Assembly (NCBI GenBank): GCA_027078545.1
Contig: JALWXN010000001.1
Location: 22,312-86,311 of the forward strand
From: Nitrososphaeria archaeon
GTDB taxonomy: Archaea > Thermoproteota > Nitrososphaeria > Geothermarchaeales > JDFR-13
Length of the DNA stretch: 64,000 nt
Direction: 5' to 3'
Shown in pieces: positions 1 through 10,251 of this stretch (within the stretch, counting starts at the first letter, position 1; the number at the start of each line of letters is the position of its first letter). The notes below the pieces were generated by a model, which worked only from the letters and a program-made list of their open reading frames with translations, searched no databases and was not told the origin of the DNA. A program made the position numbers and the translations under genes.

Positions 1-349
1 CTGTAACCTCGGATAGGTATGCCCTCATAACTGTTGAGGCGTCCCTGATCCTGAGGTTTTTTATAACTATTCTCTTTGTCTTTGCCCACCTAGCCAGGTC
101 TCTGGGTACTCCTACGGCTCTTCCGTGGGGGATGTAGAATGCTGATAGGCTTGTCTGTATCTGGCTAGCTATGGATGTGGCTGCCGCTAGGGTTACTGCC
201 CCCTCCCAGCTGCCGTCGATGAGTACTGCTATGCCTCGTAGGCCATATTCATCCATATAGCTGAGTATATCCTCCCTTAGATCCCTTAGTAGATGTCTAA
301 CATCGTTTCTACTTGTGAGTCTCCTAGCCCCGCTGGTGGGGATGGACAT
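1..349 (-). CDS. NAD synthetase (NadE)-like protein, N-terminal part, degenerate PP-loop; runs off the window
   Basis: Manual translation from ATG 349: MSIPTSGARRLTSRNDVRHLLRDLREDILSYMDEYGLRGIAVLIDGSWEGAVTLAAA..., open to base 1. Resembles the NadE N-terminus and starts 2 nt after pncB. Confidence 0.55.
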   Translation of the reverse strand, partial: MSIPTSGARRLTSRNDVRHLLRDLREDILSYMDEYGLRGIAVLIDGSWEGAVTLAAATSIASQIQTSLSAFYIPHGRAVGVPRDLARWAKTKRIVIKNLRIRDASTVMRAYLSEVT

Positions 350-350
350 C

Positions 351-1574
351 TTAGTCTCCCCACCCGAGGGACTTGATCCTCTCGAGCTGTCTCAGTACCC
401 TCTTCCTCACTATATGTGGCATCTCCTCCGGTGGTATATCCTCCTGTAGTATCTTCTCACCATTCTTTATGGCTGTCACCAGCATCTTCTCCATCTCTCC
501 CCCGCAGCGTGGGCATCTCCCCACCTTTCCGCTCCTTGGGAGTACTAGGTATTCATAGCATTCCCTGCATCTATAGACCTCCTTGACGCCGCTGAACTTA
601 CCCCTCTTGGCTATTGGCTTGTTGTTGAGCTGTACTATGTCGAGGGCGAAGTCGACTATCTTGGCGTTTGAGAGGCTTGCTCCCACGCCGTATCCATCCA
701 CTGGTGCGTCTCCAAGCCTCTTCACGAGCTCGATATCCACGCCTCCAGAGAGGAATATCTTTACGTCTCTGTATCCCCGTAGGTCTAGCTCCCACCTCAC
801 CTCCCTGATTATTGTGGCTATGTCACCCCTCCTTGAGCCAGGTGTGTCGAGCCTGACACCATCGAGTTTCTCGCCGAGTGTCTCGGCCGCCTTTATGGCT
901 TCGGTCTTCTCGTCAGCGAATGTGTCTATCAGGGCTATCCTGGGTACGTCTCTCTCCACGTGTCTGTCGAAGGCTTTCCATGCCTCCTCCTGGCTCCCCA
1001 TGATTATCACTAATGCGTGTGGCATGGTTCCCATCGGCTTCATCCCGAGTATCTTGGCGCTTAGTATGGAGGAGACCCCGTCGAACCCACCTATGTATGC
1101 GGCGTAGTCGAGCATCGGGGTTATTGCTGGGTGCATCCTCCGGGCCCCGAATGCTAGGAGTGTCTTGTCCCATGCATGGTATCTTAGGTGGGCCGCGTAT
1201 GTGGCTACCCCGGTGGCTTGGCTCAGTAGTCCTAGGAGTGGGGTCTCGTAGATGGCGAAGTCGATGTATCTGCCTGAGATGTATCCGATGGGTACGCGTA
1301 TCCCGTTGTAGTCATATGGCTTGAAGAGGGTGCCCTCCGGCAGGATCCTGAGGGTTATGGGTAGCCCTTCTAAGAGGTTTATGGCTTCATACGTCCCGGC
1401 GAGTATGCCCCATGTGAATCCGTATGGTAGTCCTCCCGAGGTTATCTCCATATCGACTTGTGCCTCTCCCCTACCCTCCTTCTTTAGTATGTCTACTGTG
1501 CGGATGAAGTAGATGTCTGTCGTCCCACCCCTCTTGATCTCACTCTGGGTGGCTACTAGGAATCTCCTATCCAT
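351..1574 (-). CDS. pncB: Nicotinate phosphoribosyltransferase
   Basis: TDIYF, FGARR, GTMPHA, GVRLDTPGSRRG and SGG motifs; archaeal-type C-terminal CxxC..CxxC. Confidence 0.93.
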   Translation of the reverse strand: MDRRFLVATQSEIKRGGTTDIYFIRTVDILKKEGRGEAQVDMEITSGGLPYGFTWGILAGTYEAINLLEGLPITLRILPEGTLFKPYDYNGIRVPIGYISGRYIDFAIYETPLLGLLSQATGVATYAAHLRYHAWDKTLLAFGARRMHPAITPMLDYAAYIGGFDGVSSILSAKILGMKPMGTMPHALVIIMGSQEEAWKAFDRHVERDVPRIALIDTFADEKTEAIKAAETLGEKLDGVRLDTPGSRRGDIATIIREVRWELDLRGYRDVKIFLSGGVDIELVKRLGDAPVDGYGVGASLSNAKIVDFALDIVQLNNKPIAKRGKFSGVKEVYRCRECYEYLVLPRSGKVGRCPRCGGEMEKMLVTAIKNGEKILQEDIPPEEMPHIVRKRVLRQLERIKSLGWGD

Positions 1575-1596
1575 CTGTATGCACCGCCTAGATATG

Positions 1597-3381
1597 TTAA
1601 TTGGTCTCTAGGAAGTAATATTCGCCTATCTCCTTCTGGTACCTGTCGAGCCTGCTGTCTGGCTTGTTTATCCTTGGCCTCCCGCTATGCCTATCGCGCC
1701 TCAGGGTTACCCCTACCTCCTTGAGGAAGGTGTTCATCGCGTCTATCTTGTCCATAGGCTTTGTTGCGTATCCCCTTCTCGATGGTTCTCCCTTGAATAC
1801 TATTATCCTGTCGGAGACCGCGTCCACCATTATTAGGTCGTGGTCGATCACGGCTGCTGGTTTCCCGCTCAGCTTTATGAACTTGTTTATCGCGTTGGCG
1901 AGTACTAGTCTGTCCTCCACGTCTATGAAGGCTGATGGCTCGTCTAGTAGGTAGAGGTCTGCCTCCATGAGTAGCGTGGCTGATACGTAGAGCTTCTGGA
2001 GCTCCCCTCCTGAGAGGTCCTTCACCCTCCTCTCTAGTAGCTTGTATAGGTTGAGGGGTTTGAGTAGGTTGTCTACTGCCTGTCCTGACAGTGCCTTTGA
2101 CCCGACCTTCTCTAGGAGGAAGTCCTGGACTGTGCCTTCGTACTCCGGCCTTATGTACTGGGGCTTATATGCTATCCTACCCGGCCCCACTATTATTTCT
2201 CCCTCATCCGGCTCCAGCTCCCCCACCAGCATGCGGAAGAAGGTGGTCTTGCCGGTGGCGTTCTGGCCCACTACCCCGACTACCTCTCCATTGTATATCT
2301 CCCCATCCTCCACCTCTAGGTGGAACCCGTTGAGGGTCTTGCTCAGCCTTGTATACTTGAGTATTGGGGTCTCCTCCACCTTGTGGCTTGGCTGTGGCTT
2401 CTCGAAGACTATCTTCCTATCCCTGAACCTTATGTTGTCGCCGGGGATGTATCCGTCTAGGAATATGTTTATACCTGTCCTTACACTCTCGTTTCGGGTG
2501 AATATGCCGTAGGTGCCCGGCTCTCCATAGACTACTGATACCTGGTCGCTTACATAGTCGAGGAAGGCTAGGTCGTGGTCGACGAGTACTACGTACTTTC
2601 CTCTCTGGGCTATCTCTGTTATTAGCCTGGCTATGGCCATCCTCTCGAAGACGTCGTTGAAGCTGCTGGGCTCGTCTATCAGGTATGCATCCGCATCTTT
2701 TAGGAGTGCTGCTGCTAGTACGAGTCTCTGCACCTCTCCTCCTGAGAGGTTCTTGACGTCTTTGTCGAGGCTGTTCCCAAGGTTCAGCCTCTCCACCATG
2801 TAGTCTATCTCGCCCGTCTCGTCGGCCTTCCTGAGTAGGTCTATAACCCTGCCCTTCACTATCCTGGGGGTTAGGTATACCTCCTGTGGCTTGTATGATA
2901 CTCTTAGCCTACCGTCGTATAGGTCTTTGAAGTAGTAGTATAGCTGTGTCCCTGAGAGGTAGTCTAGGACTGCGTCTCTATCGGGCTCCTTCTCTAGGTT
3001 GCCCAGGTTTGGTATCAGCCTGCCTGACAATATCTTTATGGCTGTAGACTTCCCAGTCCCGTTCCTACCCACTATTCCGAGTACCTGGCCCTTTAGGGGT
3101 GTGGGTAGGCGGAAGAGTCTGAAGCCGTTTACGTCGTATTGGTGGATCAGGTCTGTCTCGAGCTGTTGTGGCAGGTTGACTATGGTTATTGCGTTGAAGG
3201 GGCATTTATTTACACATATTCCACAGCCTATGCAGAGGGGCTCGTTGATATATGGCTCCCCCTCTATGAACTCTACCGCCATTATACCCATCTTTACGGG
3301 TGGGCAGAACCTCTGGCATTCATGGTTACACTTGTCTGGGTTGCATATGTCCCGGTCTATTACGGCTACTCTTAGCACCAT
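1597..3381 (-). CDS. rli: Ribosome recycling ATPase ABCE1/Rli1
   Basis: N-terminal Fe-S Cys cluster, two ABC domains (GRNGTGKS, GQNATGKT, LSGGE), C-terminal RPRINK. Confidence 0.97.
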   Translation of the reverse strand: MVLRVAVIDRDICNPDKCNHECQRFCPPVKMGIMAVEFIEGEPYINEPLCIGCGICVNKCPFNAITIVNLPQQLETDLIHQYDVNGFRLFRLPTPLKGQVLGIVGRNGTGKSTAIKILSGRLIPNLGNLEKEPDRDAVLDYLSGTQLYYYFKDLYDGRLRVSYKPQEVYLTPRIVKGRVIDLLRKADETGEIDYMVERLNLGNSLDKDVKNLSGGEVQRLVLAAALLKDADAYLIDEPSSFNDVFERMAIARLITEIAQRGKYVVLVDHDLAFLDYVSDQVSVVYGEPGTYGIFTRNESVRTGINIFLDGYIPGDNIRFRDRKIVFEKPQPSHKVEETPILKYTRLSKTLNGFHLEVEDGEIYNGEVVGVVGQNATGKTTFFRMLVGELEPDEGEIIVGPGRIAYKPQYIRPEYEGTVQDFLLEKVGSKALSGQAVDNLLKPLNLYKLLERRVKDLSGGELQKLYVSATLLMEADLYLLDEPSAFIDVEDRLVLANAINKFIKLSGKPAAVIDHDLIMVDAVSDRIIVFKGEPSRRGYATKPMDKIDAMNTFLKEVGVTLRRDRHSGRPRINKPDSRLDRYQKEIGEYYFLETN

Positions 3382-3476
3382 GTCTATCCACCCCCAATAA
3401 TTATTCTAGGCCCCTCTCCCCCTGAGCCCCGTGTTCAAGACCCTTAATATATATCTATTCCTGGTAAATTAGTGGG

Positions 3477-4178
3477 GTGGTGTCCTGCCATATGAGTAGA
3501 GCAGGTGGTGTGACTACTAATCCTATCGATATGTTGAAGTGGAGCATCGACTGGATGGCTAGGGATAACAAGATATGGATATACCCTGTCCTCCTCTCCC
3601 TCATCTCCGGCCTACTCATCTATGCCCTGAGCATCGTCTTCCTACCCGCAGCGATCCTCCTACCATTCGCGATATTTGTATGGTGGCTCATAGTACTAGT
3701 GGTTAACCTGCTTATCCAGCTCGTCATATACGTCCTGATGGTCATCAGTGGTAAGATGTTTCTACAGGCCTTTACCGAGGGCTCTACAGACTTTGAGAGG
3801 GCTAAGAGGGAGGTCCAGTCCGCGATCGGCGCATATATAGTCGTAGGTATAATAGCTGTGATCCTCGGCGCCCTCATCATAACTGCGCCGCTGGGTATTA
3901 TGCTGGTTGTCTACTCCATCCTATACGATCCATCTAGGATCGCTGAGAACCTTGAGAGGGGCTTCAGGGCTATCATAGATAACCTCGCCCATGTACTTAT
4001 CTTCATAATCATCTCTATAGTGGCTGGTGCCCTACTATCCCTATCCGGCTCGTTGCTCTCGATACTCACCAACCCGTTGTCGACATTCCTGAACATTGCT
4101 GTGCTGGGTGCCTTCGTCTATCTCGCCGCTGAGTATGAGGGTCTAGGTGGGGAGGAGGCTGGTCCTGAGGAGGTCTAA
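3477..4178 (+). CDS. Hypothetical multi-pass membrane protein
   Basis: About 5-6 hydrophobic segments and an acidic tail; true start is probably downstream of 3477. Confidence 0.7.
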   Translation: MVSCHMSRAGGVTTNPIDMLKWSIDWMARDNKIWIYPVLLSLISGLLIYALSIVFLPAAILLPFAIFVWWLIVLVVNLLIQLVIYVLMVISGKMFLQAFTEGSTDFERAKREVQSAIGAYIVVGIIAVILGALIITAPLGIMLVVYSILYDPSRIAENLERGFRAIIDNLAHVLIFIIISIVAGALLSLSGSLLSILTNPLSTFLNIAVLGAFVYLAAEYEGLGGEEAGPEEV

Positions 4179-4223
4179 GGCGTTATAACCCACATTCTCT
4201 ATACTAGTCTGTCTTGGTGCGCT

Positions 4224-6848
4224 ATGGAGAGGGGGATTACTAAGGAGGAGTTGTTGGCTGCTCTGGATCCTGACGTAGCCCGTTGGTTCTCGCGCTTCGA
4301 GGACCTGACTCCTCCCCAGAGGCTGGGTATACCCCATATAATGGCGGGTAGGAATGTACTTATCACCTCCCCCACGGGTTCTGGCAAGACGTTGACGGCC
4401 TTCCTATACATCCTGAGCGAGCTATATAAGATGGCTAAGAGGGGCGAGCTTAGGGACACGGTATACGCCGTGTATGTCTCGCCCCTGAGGTCCCTCAATA
4501 ATGATATACGTAGGAATCTTGAGACCCCGCTTAGAGAGATATCTGAGATGATATCCGCCGATGGCCGTGAGCCTCCTGAGATTAGGGTTGATATCAGGAC
4601 TGGGGATACGACTCAGAGTGAGAGAAGCAGGATGCTCCGTAAGCCGCCCCATATACTCATCACTACACCGGAGTCTCTAGCCCTGATAATCACAGCCCCG
4701 AAGTTTAGGGAGAGGCTTAGGAGTGTTAGGTGGGTCATTATAGATGAGGTCCATAGCCTCTGTGAGAATAAGAGGGGTGTACACCTCGCCCTCTCCCTGG
4801 AGCGGCTGGAGGAGCTCGTTGATGGCCCGTTGAGGCGTATAGGCCTCTCCGCAACTATACATCCCTTGGATGAGGTGGCTAGGTATCTGGTTGGCTATAA
4901 CGATGACGGGTCGCCCCGTGAATGCGTCATTGTCGACGCCCGTTTCGTTAAGGAGATGGATCTCCGACTATACTCCCCGGTTAAGGATCTGATCTACACC
5001 GATAGTGAGGAGAAGAATAGGGCTCTCTATATGTTCCTCAAACGGGTTATCGATAGCCATAGGACAACTCTCATCTTCACCAATACGCGTAGCGGTGCTG
5101 AGAGGGTGGCGTACCACCTGGTGAAGTATGGGATCGTTAGGGAGGATGAGCTCGGTGTCCATCATAGTAGCCTCTCTAGGGAGGTTAGGTTTGATATTGA
5201 GGAGAAGCTTAAGAGGGGTGAGATACGCTGCGTAGTGACTAGTACGAGTCTGGAGCTGGGGATAGATATCGGCTATATAGACGCCGTTGTCCAGATAGGG
5301 TCTCCTAAGAGTATTAACAGGGGGCTCCAGAGGATCGGTAGGAGTGGGCATAGCCTTGACCGTGTCTCGAAGGGGTATTTCGTTGCCCTGGATCTTGACG
5401 ACCTGGCTGAGGATGGGGTCTTGATATCCGAGGCCTATAGGAGTAGGCTCGACCGTGTCTATATCCCTATGAAGCCCCTCGATGTTCTTGCTCAGCATAT
5501 AGTTGGTATGGCCCTCGAGAGGAGGTGGCGTGTGGAGGATGCCTTTAGGGTTGTTAGGAGGGCCTATCCCTATCACGACCTATCGATGGAGGAGTTCCTA
5601 GACGTCCTCAGGTATCTAAGTGGTAGGTATGGGCTTGAGGACTATAGGGTGTATGGGAAGATCTGGTTCGACGAGGAGACTATGGAGTTTGGTAGGCGTG
5701 GCCGCTACCTGAGGCCTATCTACTTCATGAATATAGGCACTATACCCGAGAACATGAACCTCGTAGTGTATCATGGGAGGCGGAGGATCGGGTTGTTGGA
5801 GGAGGAGTTCGTCGAGCATCTGGATGTGGGTGACATCTTCGTCCTCTCTGGTAGGACCTACCGCTTCCTCGGGGTTAAGGGTGATAAGGTATATGTAGAG
5901 CCCGCCGATGGTAGGAAGCCCACAGTCCCTACGTGGATCTCCGAGATGCTCCCCCTCTCCTTCGACCTGGGAGAGGCCCTATCGAGATATAGATATGTGA
6001 TCTATAGGATGGTGAGTAGTGGGCATCGCGAGGGTGCCAGACGCTTCATAAAGCGGTTTATGAGGGCGGATGACTGGGCAGCGGATAACCTGGTCAGGTA
6101 TATAGAGGCTCAGGCGGGTTATCTCAGGAGCCTCGGTGTAGATGTCTTCCACTCCCCTAGGGATATACTTGTTGAGAGGTATCTCGATAGGGGGGAGAAC
6201 CTGCTATACCTGATCTTCCACGGCGTCTTCGGTAGGAGGGCTAACAGTGTCCTGGCGAAGGCCTATGCCTATAGGGCTAGGGAGGCGTTGGGGACTAGTG
6301 TGAAGGTCTTGGTGGATGACCATGGCTTCGGGATAGGCTATCCCAGTGAGCTTATGGATAGACTGGATGTCGAATGGCTTGTGAGGAGTATAAGGAGTGA
6401 TGAGCTTAGGGATGTGGTCACAGCCTCGATAATGAGTAGCCACTATATCAGGCGGATATTTAGACACGTGGCTAACCGTGGGCTCATGATCCTCCGGTAC
6501 TACAAGGGTAGGAAGACGAGGCTCACTAGGCAGCAGCTGAATAGTGAGGCGATCTTCGAGTTTGTCCGTAGGATCAGGGACTTCCCGCTCCTCAGGGAGG
6601 CTGTGAGGGAGGTCATCGAGGATAAGATGGACGTAGCTAGTGCCGAGTCTGTATTGAGGGATGTGGAGACTGGGAGGAGGCGCTTCGTGATACTACCCAT
6701 TAGTGATGTGCCCTCCCCATTCGCCCATGGATTGCTCCTGAGGGGTATGGAGGACGTGGTCTTGATGGAGGATAGGGTTAAGATCCTCCAGAGGTTTTAT
6801 AACATGCTGTGGCTTAAGATTGGTGGGAATGGCGATAAAGCTGTATAG
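4224..6848 (+). CDS. lhr: Lhr-family ATP-dependent SF2 helicase
   Basis: PTGSGKT, TTPESL, DEVH, SAT, TSLELGIDIG, QRIGRSGH; C-terminal SPFA. Confidence 0.95.
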   Translation: MERGITKEELLAALDPDVARWFSRFEDLTPPQRLGIPHIMAGRNVLITSPTGSGKTLTAFLYILSELYKMAKRGELRDTVYAVYVSPLRSLNNDIRRNLETPLREISEMISADGREPPEIRVDIRTGDTTQSERSRMLRKPPHILITTPESLALIITAPKFRERLRSVRWVIIDEVHSLCENKRGVHLALSLERLEELVDGPLRRIGLSATIHPLDEVARYLVGYNDDGSPRECVIVDARFVKEMDLRLYSPVKDLIYTDSEEKNRALYMFLKRVIDSHRTTLIFTNTRSGAERVAYHLVKYGIVREDELGVHHSSLSREVRFDIEEKLKRGEIRCVVTSTSLELGIDIGYIDAVVQIGSPKSINRGLQRIGRSGHSLDRVSKGYFVALDLDDLAEDGVLISEAYRSRLDRVYIPMKPLDVLAQHIVGMALERRWRVEDAFRVVRRAYPYHDLSMEEFLDVLRYLSGRYGLEDYRVYGKIWFDEETMEFGRRGRYLRPIYFMNIGTIPENMNLVVYHGRRRIGLLEEEFVEHLDVGDIFVLSGRTYRFLGVKGDKVYVEPADGRKPTVPTWISEMLPLSFDLGEALSRYRYVIYRMVSSGHREGARRFIKRFMRADDWAADNLVRYIEAQAGYLRSLGVDVFHSPRDILVERYLDRGENLLYLIFHGVFGRRANSVLAKAYAYRAREALGTSVKVLVDDHGFGIGYPSELMDRLDVEWLVRSIRSDELRDVVTASIMSSHYIRRIFRHVANRGLMILRYYKGRKTRLTRQQLNSEAIFEFVRRIRDFPLLREAVREVIEDKMDVASAESVLRDVETGRRRFVILPISDVPSPFAHGLLLRGMEDVVLMEDRVKILQRFYNMLWLKIGGNGDKAV

Positions 6849-7581
6849 GGGGCTATACATAGCGGATCCATGGCCAGCCGCATATATCGAGGATATGGAC
6901 GCCCTCGTATTCTCAGATCTACACCTGGGTATTGAGGGTACGCTTGAGGAGGAGGGGGTCTTCCTACCCAGGGGTGTGAGTAGGGCTACCGCCGATATAG
7001 TCTTCTCGGCAATAGAGGATTATAGGCCGTCAACGGTCGTCTTCGACGGTGATCTTAAGCACTCCTTCGGGCTTCTTAAGACGAGTGAGTGGAGGGAGCT
7101 TAGGAGCTTCTTCGAGAGGCTTAGGGATGTGTATCGTCTCCAAGTGTATGTGGTGAGGGGGAACCATGACAACTATCTAGGTGTCCTGCTGGACCGGTTT
7201 GGATACAAGTTCTTCGAGAGGCTTGATGGTGAGTGGTATACTATTATCCATGGCCACGAGGATGTGGATCCAGATGAGCTTAGGGAGGTCGTGATACTTG
7301 GCCATGAGCATCCTAGCATCGTACTGAGGGACGAGGCTGGTGGTAAGTATAGGTTTAAATGCTTCCTATGGGGGGACTATGGGGAGAAGAAATTCCTCGT
7401 CCTACCCCCCGTATCCGAGTTGTCTGGGGGGAGTAACTATGCGAGCTATGAGTTGATGAGGCCTATGTCGCCCATACTTAGGAGGTTTGATATGGGGGTG
7501 ATGAGGCCCTACGCCATCGTTGTCGGTGAGGCTGTTATGGAGCTGCCTCCCCTTAGGGAGCTCGGCTCCGTGATGGGGTAA
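6829..7581 (+). CDS. Metallophosphoesterase (Lhr-associated MPE type)
   Basis: SDLHLG, GDLKH, GNHD, HGH and GHEHP motifs; overlaps the lhr stop. Confidence 0.9.
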   Translation: MAIKLYRGLYIADPWPAAYIEDMDALVFSDLHLGIEGTLEEEGVFLPRGVSRATADIVFSAIEDYRPSTVVFDGDLKHSFGLLKTSEWRELRSFFERLRDVYRLQVYVVRGNHDNYLGVLLDRFGYKFFERLDGEWYTIIHGHEDVDPDELREVVILGHEHPSIVLRDEAGGKYRFKCFLWGDYGEKKFLVLPPVSELSGGSNYASYELMRPMSPILRRFDMGVMRPYAIVVGEAVMELPPLRELGSVMG

Positions 7582-7660
7582 GGTGATAACCTAGGGGGTC
7601 GTCGGAGTATATAGATACTATTCTAAAAAACCGGGCTGGAATACTATACCTAATCCACTG

Positions 7661-8707
7661 GTGAATACTATGAGGCCCACCAGGGAAGTGGGGATCTACG
7701 GCTATGGTGCGTATATCCCTAGGTACATCATAGAGAATAGGGATATAGCTGATCTCTGGGGGCGTGACGCCACTCCTATAAAGTCTAAGAGCTTTCCTAG
7801 CTACGACGAGGACACGATAACGATTGCCTATGAGGCCGCGTTGAGGGCTATAGAGTCCTCAGGCGCCGATCCATCTCTGATCGGGGCGGTCTTCATAGGG
7901 AGCGAGTCTAAGCCCTATGCTGTCAAGCCTTCGGGTACTGTGGTGGCGGAGGCCCTAGGCCTGGGTAGGAACATATTGTCGGCCGACTATGAATTCGCCT
8001 GTAAGGCTGGTACTGAGGCTATGCAGACTGTTTTTGGCCTTGTCTCCTCGGGTATGATCAGGATGGGTCTAGCTATAGGTGCTGATACTGCCCAGGGTAG
8101 GCCTGGTGATGAGCTTGAATATACTGCTGCAGCGGGTGGTGCAGCCTATATAATCTCAAGGGTTGAGGATGGTGTGTTGGCTAGGCTAGAGGCTTCCTAC
8201 ACATATGTCTCGGACACCCCCGACTTCTGGAGGAGGAGTCTGGAGGAGTATCCCCGTCATCTCTATAGGTTTACGGGTGAGCCGGCCTATTTCCACCACA
8301 TCATGTCGAGTGTGAAGGGACTCTTCGAGGAGTATGGCTACAGCCCCTCCGACTTTAAGTACGCGGTCTTCCACCAGCCAAACTATAAGTTCCCTACCCG
8401 TGTAGCCAAGAAGCTGGGCTTCACTATGGATCAGATAAAGCCTGGGCTGGTGGTGGCCCTTGTAGGGAATACTTATAGCGGCTCGAGTCTACTTGGGCTT
8501 GCAGCCACCCTCGACGTGGCGGAGCCGGGTGACAAGATACTGCTCGCATCCTTCGGCTCCGGCGCTGGTAGTGACTCGATGGTCTTCGAGGTGACTGATC
8601 TCATTGAGGAGAGGAGGATGAGGCCCCCGGTCTCCAAGCTTATCTCTAGGATGATTCCGGGTGACTATGCGACCTATGCGATGTTTAGGGATATCCTGAG
8701 GAGGTGA
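7661..8707 (+). CDS. Hydroxymethylglutaryl-CoA synthase (archaeal)
   Basis: GSESKPYAVKP, FACKAGT (catalytic Cys), HQPN, GNTYSG, SFGSGAGSD. Confidence 0.95.
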   Translation: MNTMRPTREVGIYGYGAYIPRYIIENRDIADLWGRDATPIKSKSFPSYDEDTITIAYEAALRAIESSGADPSLIGAVFIGSESKPYAVKPSGTVVAEALGLGRNILSADYEFACKAGTEAMQTVFGLVSSGMIRMGLAIGADTAQGRPGDELEYTAAAGGAAYIISRVEDGVLARLEASYTYVSDTPDFWRRSLEEYPRHLYRFTGEPAYFHHIMSSVKGLFEEYGYSPSDFKYAVFHQPNYKFPTRVAKKLGFTMDQIKPGLVVALVGNTYSGSSLLGLAATLDVAEPGDKILLASFGSGAGSDSMVFEVTDLIEERRMRPPVSKLISRMIPGDYATYAMFRDILRR

Positions 8708-9864
8708 GCCTCATGGGTATGCCTGTAATAGCTGGGTATGGCTTCACCCGGGTGGGTGAGCATTGGGATAGGGGTTTGAAGGACTTGTCGCTGGAGGCTA
8801 TTGAGAAGGTCTTCGAGGGCATGTCCTCGGTTGAGATAGATGCTATATATGTGGGGACGGCCCTCTCAGGGTTCTACGAGCTACAGCTCTCACTGGCTAG
8901 CCACATAGCAGACCTGATAGCGAGGTTCGACGCATCTGTATCCAACTTCGAGGCTGGCGCGGCCTCCTCGGCCCAGGCTTTCTACAACGCCGCTCTCGGG
9001 ATACTCTCTGGGATGTATAAGGCGGTCCTGGTTGGTGGTGTTGAGAAGATGAGTGATGAGCTTCCCGCCCCTAACTATAGGGGTGTCTCACTGGTGGAGG
9101 ATAGTTTCCTCGTGAACTATTCGGGCATGACCGAGATCGGTCTCCACGCCCTCCTAGCAAAGATGTATCTCTCGGAGTATGGCCTCGAGGAGCCATTGTA
9201 CTCATACCTCCCGGTAAATGAGCATGAGAATGCGTCTAGGGCTGGGCATGCACAGTTTAGGAATAGGATTACGTATGACATGGTTAGGTCGGCATCGCCC
9301 GTCTCTGATCCCTTGACGATCTTCGATGTGACTGCTCCTGGGGATGGGGCGGCCTATATACTGTTGATGGATAGGGAGTATGCCGACTCGCTGGGGGTTG
9401 AGTATGTCAAGCTCCTTGGTATGGGTGCGGCTGGGCAGCCAGCCAATCTCTTTGACAGGGCCTCGCCCCTATTCTTCTCTGCCAGTTCGAGGGCTGTTGA
9501 GAAGGCTCTTGAGAAGGCTGGTGTGGAGACTGAGGATATTGGTCTGCTGGAGATGTATAACCCCTCATCGATCTCGGGCGTCCTCGTCCTGGAGTCTCTA
9601 GGACTGGCCGATAAGGGTGGTGCTGGGAAGCTATTGGAGAGGGGATACTTCTCACTCTCTGGTGAGCTGCCTGTGAACACCTTCGGGGGTGCCAAGGCCA
9701 GGGGTGATCCTAAGGGTGCCACTGCTGCGTATCAGTTGGCCGAGGCCGCTATGCAGCTCCTTGGCAGGGCTGGTGATAACCAGGTTGATGGTGCTGAGTA
9801 TGCCCTCGTCCACTCTATGGTGGGCCTGGATATATCTGCATATGCCTTTGTCCTGGGGGTGTAG
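8704..9864 (+). CDS. Thiolase-fold protein (acetoacetyl-CoA thiolase homolog) lacking catalytic residues
   Basis: GGVEKMSD, DGAA, VNTFGG..ARG.P.GAT; lies between HMGCS and DUF35; contains no Cys. Confidence 0.88.
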   Translation: MSLMGMPVIAGYGFTRVGEHWDRGLKDLSLEAIEKVFEGMSSVEIDAIYVGTALSGFYELQLSLASHIADLIARFDASVSNFEAGAASSAQAFYNAALGILSGMYKAVLVGGVEKMSDELPAPNYRGVSLVEDSFLVNYSGMTEIGLHALLAKMYLSEYGLEEPLYSYLPVNEHENASRAGHAQFRNRITYDMVRSASPVSDPLTIFDVTAPGDGAAYILLMDREYADSLGVEYVKLLGMGAAGQPANLFDRASPLFFSASSRAVEKALEKAGVETEDIGLLEMYNPSSISGVLVLESLGLADKGGAGKLLERGYFSLSGELPVNTFGGAKARGDPKGATAAYQLAEAAMQLLGRAGDNQVDGAEYALVHSMVGLDISAYAFVLGV

Positions 9865-9867
9865 GGG

Positions 9868-10251
9868 ATGACGGAGGTTAGTGACTGGAGGTTTAGGAGG
9901 TATAGGTATAGGCTTATAGGGAGTAGGTGTAGGGAGTGTGGTGAGACCTCATACCCTCCACGTAGGCGCTGCTCTAGGTGTGGAGGGGCTACCGAGGAGT
10001 ATCAGCTGCCGAGGAGGGGTAGGGTGGTTCACTACACCCTGTTGAAGGCCCTCCCCACTAGGTATAACCATTATAGGCCGTATTTCCTCGCCGTCGTGGA
10101 GCTCAGTGATGGTACTAGGGTTATCGGTATGCTTACCGATGTGGATGAGCCTAGTGAGGGTATGGAGGTCGAGGCTACCCTTAGGAAGCTCTATACCTAT
10201 GGCGAAGATGGCAAGATCATCTATGGGGTGAAGTTTAGGCCGGTGCTCTAG
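9868..10251 (+). CDS. DUF35 Zn-ribbon/OB-fold protein
   Basis: CRECG..YPPR..CSRCG and C-terminal YGVKFRP; third gene of the HMGCS-thiolase operon. Confidence 0.93.
   Translation: MTEVSDWRFRRYRYRLIGSRCRECGETSYPPRRRCSRCGGATEEYQLPRRGRVVHYTLLKALPTRYNHYRPYFLAVVELSDGTRVIGMLTDVDEPSEGMEVEATLRKLYTYGEDGKIIYGVKFRPVL

Noticed and set aside
4224-7581. Lhr-MPE pair, and the stomatin-NfeD pair at 35254..37391, as novel systems
   Set aside because: Both are well-known conserved gene pairs
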